Origin: an uncultured virus (IMG/VR IMGVR_UViG_3300029288_000091)
Taxonomy: Duplodnaviria > Heunggongvirae > Uroviricota > Caudoviricetes
IMG/VR virus record: IMGVR_UViG_3300029288_000091
DNA length: 59,248 bases
Reading direction: 5' to 3' (one strand)
Position numbers and translations under genes: made by a program. This document shows, piece after piece, positions 53,524 through 59,248 of the stretch (position 1 is its first letter; every line of letters starts with the position of its first letter). Below the pieces are notes generated by a model. It was not told where the DNA came from. It saw only the letters and a list, made by a program, of their open reading frames with translations, and did not search any database.

Positions 53524-54318
53524 ATGAAAAAATATTTAATAGATGAAAACTTTTTTAATAATATAGATACCCAAGATAAGTCTTATTTTCTAGGAATTTT
53601 ATATGCCGACGGATGTCATAAAATCGAAAGAAACGAAATTGAATTACAACTTTCAGGACAAGATGTAGAATTATTAATAAAACTTAGAGATCTTATTTTT
53701 TATGAGCCAAAGCCATTTTATACTAAAAAATCAAAAACAATCAAAATATGCGGCATTGAAACTACTCGACAAGAATCAAACACTTTATCCATTTGTAATA
53801 AAAATATAAGTAAAAGTTTACTTACACATGGACTAATAAAAAATAAAAGCTCAACAATTGACTACCCAGATTTTATTTCTGATGAATTACAATCTCATTT
53901 TATTAGAGGATATTTTGACGGAGACGGTAGTGTATTTCTTACTAGGAAAAGACAAATATCTATAGCAATAATTGGTTCAGAGCTTTTTTGCTTAAAATTA
54001 CAAAGCATTTTAAAACAAAAAGAAATAAAATCTAGTATGTGCAAAGCTGGTAATTCTACAAAAGTAAAATCGCTAGAAATACATGGCAATAAATCTGGAA
54101 GAAAATTTTTATTATGGATATATTCAAATGCTAGTTTATACTTACAAAGGAAGTTTTTGAAGGTTGGTGAAATTTTAGATACAATACCAAAAGAGAAACC
54201 AACCAATTGCTCCATATGTAGTAATAAAAATTTTAGAGACAACTATTGTAAACAACATTATTATGAATTTATTGGAAGAGAATTACGACATAAAAGATAT
54301 ATTGAAAAAGAGAAATAA
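53524..54318 (+). CDS. double-motif LAGLIDADG homing endonuclease
   Basis: KSYFLGILYADG and HFIRGYFDGDG; C-terminal CSICS...YCKQHY. Confidence 0.9.
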   Translation: MKKYLIDENFFNNIDTQDKSYFLGILYADGCHKIERNEIELQLSGQDVELLIKLRDLIFYEPKPFYTKKSKTIKICGIETTRQESNTLSICNKNISKSLLTHGLIKNKSSTIDYPDFISDELQSHFIRGYFDGDGSVFLTRKRQISIAIIGSELFCLKLQSILKQKEIKSSMCKAGNSTKVKSLEIHGNKSGRKFLLWIYSNASLYLQRKFLKVGEILDTIPKEKPTNCSICSNKNFRDNYCKQHYYEFIGRELRHKRYIEKEK

Positions 54319-54319
54319 T

Positions 54320-55234
54320 TTACTTATCCTTTAAAAACATCTTGGCAAGTTCAACATGACAACTTACAATTATATTTTCTATTTTATCTTTAATGTCTTC
54401 TATATCAATCCACTTAGCTTCAACTATATCGTCATTTGGTCTAGGTGAGCCAAATATATATTTGGCAGAATATAAAATAGTTTTAATTTTATCTATTTCA
54501 TCTTTATACCGCCAATCATTTATAACAGTACTGCCAATATATTTGATATCATTTATTTCAATCCCAAGCTCTTCATGTATTTCTCTTTTTGCATCCATCT
54601 CATATGATTGAGATTTTGGATCTGCAAAGCCGCCAACAAACCTAAACTTGGTTTCATTTTCTTTACGACATAGTAATAACTTTGTACTATTTTTATTATA
54701 TATGGCTACATCAACAGTTGGATAACAAGTTGGAAATTGATTATTAACTGCCCAAATAACACCACGTCTAAAATTAGTATCATTAACTACCTTTAATATA
54801 AGTTCTTTATTAATATAAGATTCAGATATAAAAGTAGACGGTACTAATTCCTGTTTTTGGAATCTACCAATATAATTAGTAAGAAAAGAATCTTTTTCAC
54901 CATATAGAAGCACTGATTGATTTGGTCCAAGTAGGTCTAGAATTTTTTCATCAACATTCTTAGACCATATACTATCATCACCAACATCCTTTATATAAGA
55001 TATAATGAGGTTTGGAAATAAAGCATGAATCATCAATCTGCGAGTTTCAAAATCGAGAGGATTACTTTTGGTGGTAGGTACTGGTGTAATACCTTTAACT
55101 CCTAATAACATAATTACTTTTATATGTCTTTTTACAACAGTACTTATTAAATCAATATGCGCCTCATGTAATTGATCTATTTGGAATCTACCTATAATTA
55201 CTCCAACATCTACACTACTAGTCTTTATTTCCAT
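54320..55234 (-). CDS. bifunctional NMN adenylyltransferase / Nudix hydrolase (NadM-Nudix)
   Basis: IIGRFQ...LHEAH, SNPLDFETR, PTVDVA, GGF...AKREIHEELG Nudix box, PNDDI. Confidence 0.88.
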   Translation of the reverse strand: MEIKTSSVDVGVIIGRFQIDQLHEAHIDLISTVVKRHIKVIMLLGVKGITPVPTTKSNPLDFETRRLMIHALFPNLIISYIKDVGDDSIWSKNVDEKILDLLGPNQSVLLYGEKDSFLTNYIGRFQKQELVPSTFISESYINKELILKVVNDTNFRRGVIWAVNNQFPTCYPTVDVAIYNKNSTKLLLCRKENETKFRFVGGFADPKSQSYEMDAKREIHEELGIEINDIKYIGSTVINDWRYKDEIDKIKTILYSAKYIFGSPRPNDDIVEAKWIDIEDIKDKIENIIVSCHVELAKMFLKDK

Positions 55235-55898
55235 TAATCAACCTTTGCTTTACTATTGGTTTAAACATCCAATGTTCGTCTGGATCCTTTGGATGGTCTT
55301 TGCGAACCCATTTAGCAGTCGAGATATAAAAATCTATGATGTCTCTAGAAACTCTTACAACCACACCTTCTCTTTTATCTTCACCATATTCAGACTGTTG
55401 TGTTGCTAACTCAACAGTTAATTTCTCTAGCTCTTCTTCACTGTTTACCACGCCTTGAAATAACAACTTTACAACAACCAAACCAAGATTTTTAGAATAC
55501 TCGTTCAATAAATCCCAAGAGTAGAAAACATTCTCATTATCATCTCGCACCCCAAATACAAGAAAATAATCAGGAAGACGAGAATACTCAATAGAATGGA
55601 CACAAAAAACCCACTCACCAAAAATAGAAATGCCAGCGTCGATGTTGCTACGAAGTTCAGCGTGCTTAGCCTTAGCCGCATCAAAAGATTTGTGTGTGGC
55701 TTTTGTTGCATGTGTTCTTGCATATACTTCTTCCTGTGTAAAACACAAATTCGAACCGTCGACTTTTTCGCTCACGACTATCTCTTTACCGAGTAGGTGT
55801 TCCACATTGTTCAATCGCCTATCGTCTTTAGTTCCGCCGGGCGACCACGGAAAATGTGGAATTCGCGGGAACTTTTTTGAATTCATTATTTTTTCCAT
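55218..55898 (-). CDS. minimal RNA ligase family protein
   Basis: KFPRIPHFPWSPG, EKVDGSN, FGEW, FLVF, REGVVVR, AKWVR. Confidence 0.88.
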   Translation of the reverse strand: MEKIMNSKKFPRIPHFPWSPGGTKDDRRLNNVEHLLGKEIVVSEKVDGSNLCFTQEEVYARTHATKATHKSFDAAKAKHAELRSNIDAGISIFGEWVFCVHSIEYSRLPDYFLVFGVRDDNENVFYSWDLLNEYSKNLGLVVVKLLFQGVVNSEEELEKLTVELATQQSEYGEDKREGVVVRVSRDIIDFYISTAKWVRKDHPKDPDEHWMFKPIVKQRLINGNKD

Positions 55899-55910
55899 TA
55901 TAGAGGTTTT

Positions 55911-56648
55911 ATGTTTAAAGATATATTAACAAAAGAATTGTTAGATGATGTTTATACTATGCAAAAAAAGTCAATAGCGGCAATCGCTAGAGATTTTGGA
56001 ACGACTACCACTACTGTATGGAGATATATTAAATTTTATAAAATACCATTGAATGATAATCCTTTTAAACCCAAAGATATTACCGGAAATAAATTTGGGC
56101 AATTGGTTGCCATCAAGGCTGCGCCGAAAGATAAACACAATAAAAGTCGTTGGTTATGTAAATGTGATTGTGGAAAAACCATTATTGTAAATTATTCATC
56201 TTTAGTAAAAAATCTTACAAAATCATGTGGATGTAATAAACTTGAAAAGGGTAGGGCGAAAGGATATAAAGATATATCATTTTCTTGGTGGCGTAGAACG
56301 ATCAAAAGTGCGATTACGCGCGGAATTAATTTTGATTTAACTATGGAAGATGTTTGGCACAAATATGAAGAACAAGGTGGAAAATGTATAATGACTAATC
56401 TAGCTGTAACGTTTAGTCCAAACTATAACAAAATAAAATTACAAACGGCCTCTCTAGATAGAATTGACAGCAATTTAGGGTATATTAAAGGAAATATACA
56501 AATAGTTCACAAAGTTATAAATCATATGAAAGGATTTTTAACAAGTGAAGAATTTATTGGTTTCTGTAATTTGGTTGCAAAAACCCATGAAATTAGTAAT
56601 GAAAATATTTTAAACAAAATTACTTCGCGGCAGATCCTAAAAAAGTAG
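55911..56648 (+). CDS. HNH-like homing endonuclease with HTH and CKCDCG domain
   Basis: GNKFGQL...WLCKCDCG...TKSCGC, QGGKCIMT, ASLDRIDSNLGYIKGNIQIVHKVINHMK. Confidence 0.85.
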   Translation: MFKDILTKELLDDVYTMQKKSIAAIARDFGTTTTTVWRYIKFYKIPLNDNPFKPKDITGNKFGQLVAIKAAPKDKHNKSRWLCKCDCGKTIIVNYSSLVKNLTKSCGCNKLEKGRAKGYKDISFSWWRRTIKSAITRGINFDLTMEDVWHKYEEQGGKCIMTNLAVTFSPNYNKIKLQTASLDRIDSNLGYIKGNIQIVHKVINHMKGFLTSEEFIGFCNLVAKTHEISNENILNKITSRQILKK

Positions 56649-56700
56649 TGCCACCGGGAGACCAAGGAAGATGCGGAATCCTTGGAAATTTTTTAGACAT
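56620..56700 (-). pseudogene. orphaned original 5' end of the RNA ligase gene
   Basis: AAGGAG RBS then MSKKFPRIPHLPWSPGGT, duplicating the N-terminus of 55218-55898. Confidence 0.9.
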
Positions 56701-57088
56701 AATCTACTCCTTAAATTTCATATCATCGAGCCACTTCTTAATTATTCTTATTACTTGCTTTTTAGTCTTTGCTGCGCCATACTTTCTATTTTCGCTCTTT
56801 GGATCTGGATGAAGTTCTCTCAAGATAAAACCTCCGTCGGCTAAATCAATTCTAAAACTCTTCATTGGTAGTTTCCTTATTTACCAAATCTTACCACAAT
56901 CGTCATAATATGTAGATGACCCTCTGGGATCATTATCACAATGCGTATTCTTATGTGGACAATCAAGGTATAAATGCTACAAATCGATTTTTATATGATC
57001 AATTTGTCTAGTAAGTTCTTTAATCTTATAGGTTATTTCTTTACAAAAACTTGTCCGTCATTGTTAGCATATCTACCATTTTATTTTT

Positions 57089-57562
57089 CTATATTGTAAT
57101 CTTCTTATCCACTTTTGGTGTTAGTAGAGGCTTTATAAACTTCCAAGTACCACTAATATCATCTATTATGATTTCTGATTGTTTACTATCACAATCTATA
57201 AAATTTATAATGCGAGCTTTTGTTTCAAATCTTAAAGGGCTACTTTTAAATAGTCCTACTGCGATTAATACAAAATCAACTTTACAAGTATCACTTACTT
57301 TATAACTCTTAGATTTAAGCACGATAGAGATTGTCTTATTAGACCTTGTAATATCTCCAACAAATGGAATATAAGCAGCTTTACCAGCAACAGGAACAAT
57401 CACAACAGCTCTCAAAGCATTGCTATTAGACTCTTGAAATACAACACCTATCCAATTATTATTATTGGTAGTATAAATGTTCCAAAATCCATCAATTTTA
57501 TTTGGCGATACTAATAATACAAAAGTTAGAAAAAATAATTTAACCATATTACTTCCTTTCAA
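57089..57562 (-). CDS. putative secreted hypothetical protein
   Basis: Signal-peptide-like N-terminus, IDGFW and ISGTW motifs. Confidence 0.55.
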   Translation of the reverse strand: MKGSNMVKLFFLTFVLLVSPNKIDGFWNIYTTNNNNWIGVVFQESNSNALRAVVIVPVAGKAAYIPFVGDITRSNKTISIVLKSKSYKVSDTCKVDFVLIAVGLFKSSPLRFETKARIINFIDCDSKQSEIIIDDISGTWKFIKPLLTPKVDKKITI

Positions 57563-58018
57563 AAATCTAATTTATTAATTGTTTTTTAATTCCTATAATT
57601 TTGATTTCATTGATACATCTATTTGCTATGTTGTTAAAGAACCCTCATATATCTCATTAACTTTATAAATCATATCTACAGATGGCCAATATTTTCCACC
57701 TGACTTTTCTTTGCCATAATCCATATAAATTGGTTTTCCATTTATCGTTCTGCTACCCGTTTCGAATTTCTACACAAAATACAAACCTAAACTTTTATTT
57801 TCCCATAGCAAATAGAATAAATTAATTTGCTTTTTATTTGAATAGTAACTTACTTTTATTTTATACACATAGAATAAATTTCGGTGTGTATTTTTGAACA
57901 ACAATTTGTACACATAAAACCCTCTTCTGTTCTTCTAGCAATTATTTTAAATTTACCATACAAAAACAATTTTTTTGTTGATTTTCTTCCCATTTACAAT
58001 TTTAAAACCTCCATCATT

Positions 58019-58249
58019 TTAATGTGCTAGTCTTTCAATATCCTCTTCTGTATAATCCTCTAATCTAACATACATATATTTATAAGTAGAAGTTGTTAGA
58101 GAGAATTTAGAATTAAGGCGTCCACATTTAATCCATGAAGCTAAATCCAAGATGCTAGGATGTAGAATATCAACATCAGTAACCGTTACTTCACGGTGTC
58201 CTTCGACCTTGTCTGTACGAACATTCTTCCTGATCTCTAGAATTTTCAT
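58019..58249 (-). CDS. hypothetical protein
   Basis: 76 aa ORF with GGAG RBS. Confidence 0.55.
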   Translation of the reverse strand: MKILEIRKNVRTDKVEGHREVTVTDVDILHPSILDLASWIKCGRLNSKFSLTTSTYKYMYVRLEDYTEEDIERLAH

Positions 58250-58481
58250 TAATTAACTCCAGGTTGTGAATTGGTAACCAACTACCTCTTGACGCTCCAA
58301 AGAAAACTGCTTATGAACTTTCTTTCTACCTTCAAAATTTCCTCTCAGCATTTGGTCCTCCTAACTTGTTAAGGATTATTCATTGGACATTTACATGTTA
58401 TTAACTACTCAAGAAACACTAATCGTTATTGTATATATTTAGGTAATAAAAAGATTCGCGCCATTGAGGTGAGAGACTTGA

Positions 58482-58694
58482 TTACTTCTTCTTAAGTTGT
58501 TTAAAAATTACATTAATTTCTTTTCTCATAGAAGCAATTTCATTTGCGTGCTTAGAGGCGGCCTTAAAAAACGAAATTCGTTCATTACCAGAAGATCTCA
58601 TACCTTCTTTATAAAGACTATCTTTTGTAAAACTTTGTTCAACTATACTTTTCTGTAAAAACTGTAATCTACTTCTAAGATTTTCTTTTTCCAT
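58482..58694 (-). CDS. hypothetical protein
   Basis: 70 aa ORF with AAGGAG RBS. Confidence 0.55.
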   Translation of the reverse strand: MEKENLRSRLQFLQKSIVEQSFTKDSLYKEGMRSSGNERISFFKAASKHANEIASMRKEINVIFKQLKKK

Positions 58695-59248
58695 TCTCTT
58701 TCTCCTTTGATAAAACTCAGTCTATTTTATCAAGTTTAGAAAAGATACATAGAATTATAACAAAAAAAATTATACTAAATATTCCAAAACAAACTTCCGG
58801 CTATCTTCCAAATATTATGTTTATTATAAAGAATATTAAAAATAGTATTAAGATTAGTATTGCCATTAAAAATACCAACTTTGAATTGTTAGTTAGCCCA
58901 TTTTCTAATCAAATTTTTTTATGAATCTGAGAGTCTATTACATTTGCCATGTACTTGAACAATTATTATCTATATGGCATCGTCCTCCTTAAGACTCCAT
59001 ATAGATACTGGCCATTTGTACATAGCTATATACATAATGTCTCAAAAATCTTCCCTCTTCGGCCAAATTCTTAAAATCTAATATCTCTGTAATAGGCCAA
59101 TGACATTCAACCTTTTTTGTCAAATATTACTTCATTACTATATCTATTTCTAATTTCAGCCATTTTGATTATATCCTTTTAGATTTTAAACTTTACTCTA
59201 AATTATCAATTATTTCAAGCTCTTTACATCTCCATTTATCTTCAGCTC

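Noticed and set aside
55899..56646. Group I intron carrying the endonuclease
   Set aside because: The ORF is antisense and fills nearly the whole insert, leaving no room for a ribozyme core, and the downstream gene has its own complete N-terminus.

Overview
AT-rich, gene-dense segment with almost all genes on the minus strand. Gene content points to a jumbo/huge bacteriophage accessory region, but no structural or replication genes are present, so the phage assignment is an inference. Recognisable content: a WGR-PARP, ATP-dependent DNA ligase, ribosomal protein bS21, NAD salvage enzymes (PncB, truncated nicotinamidase, NadM-Nudix), Lon with an Ala1/WCT (class 3) intein, Hsp20, a GroES-like protein, and an RNA/tRNA repair set (three RNA ligases, Pnkp-type phosphatase, Thg1-like, CCA-adding enzyme). 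There is also a damaged vWA/pyruvate-kinase-like/adenylosuccinate-synthetase-like cluster and about eleven homing-endonuclease genes or remnants. Two things stand out. (1) A complete ubiquitin-like conjugation cassette (E1/ThiF, JAB peptidase, E2, PRTRC-like) whose modifier is a head-to-tail di-Ubl precursor capped by one extra residue, followed by an unannotated Ubl paralog lacking the terminal Gly. (2) Free-standing endonuclease genes that appear to have inserted into the 5' end of host genes, orphaning the old N-terminus and supplying a recoded replacement. Many genes carry frameshifts, nonsense codons or deletions; sequencing error and real decay cannot be separated from this sequence alone. 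All family calls come from motif recognition by eye, not database searches.
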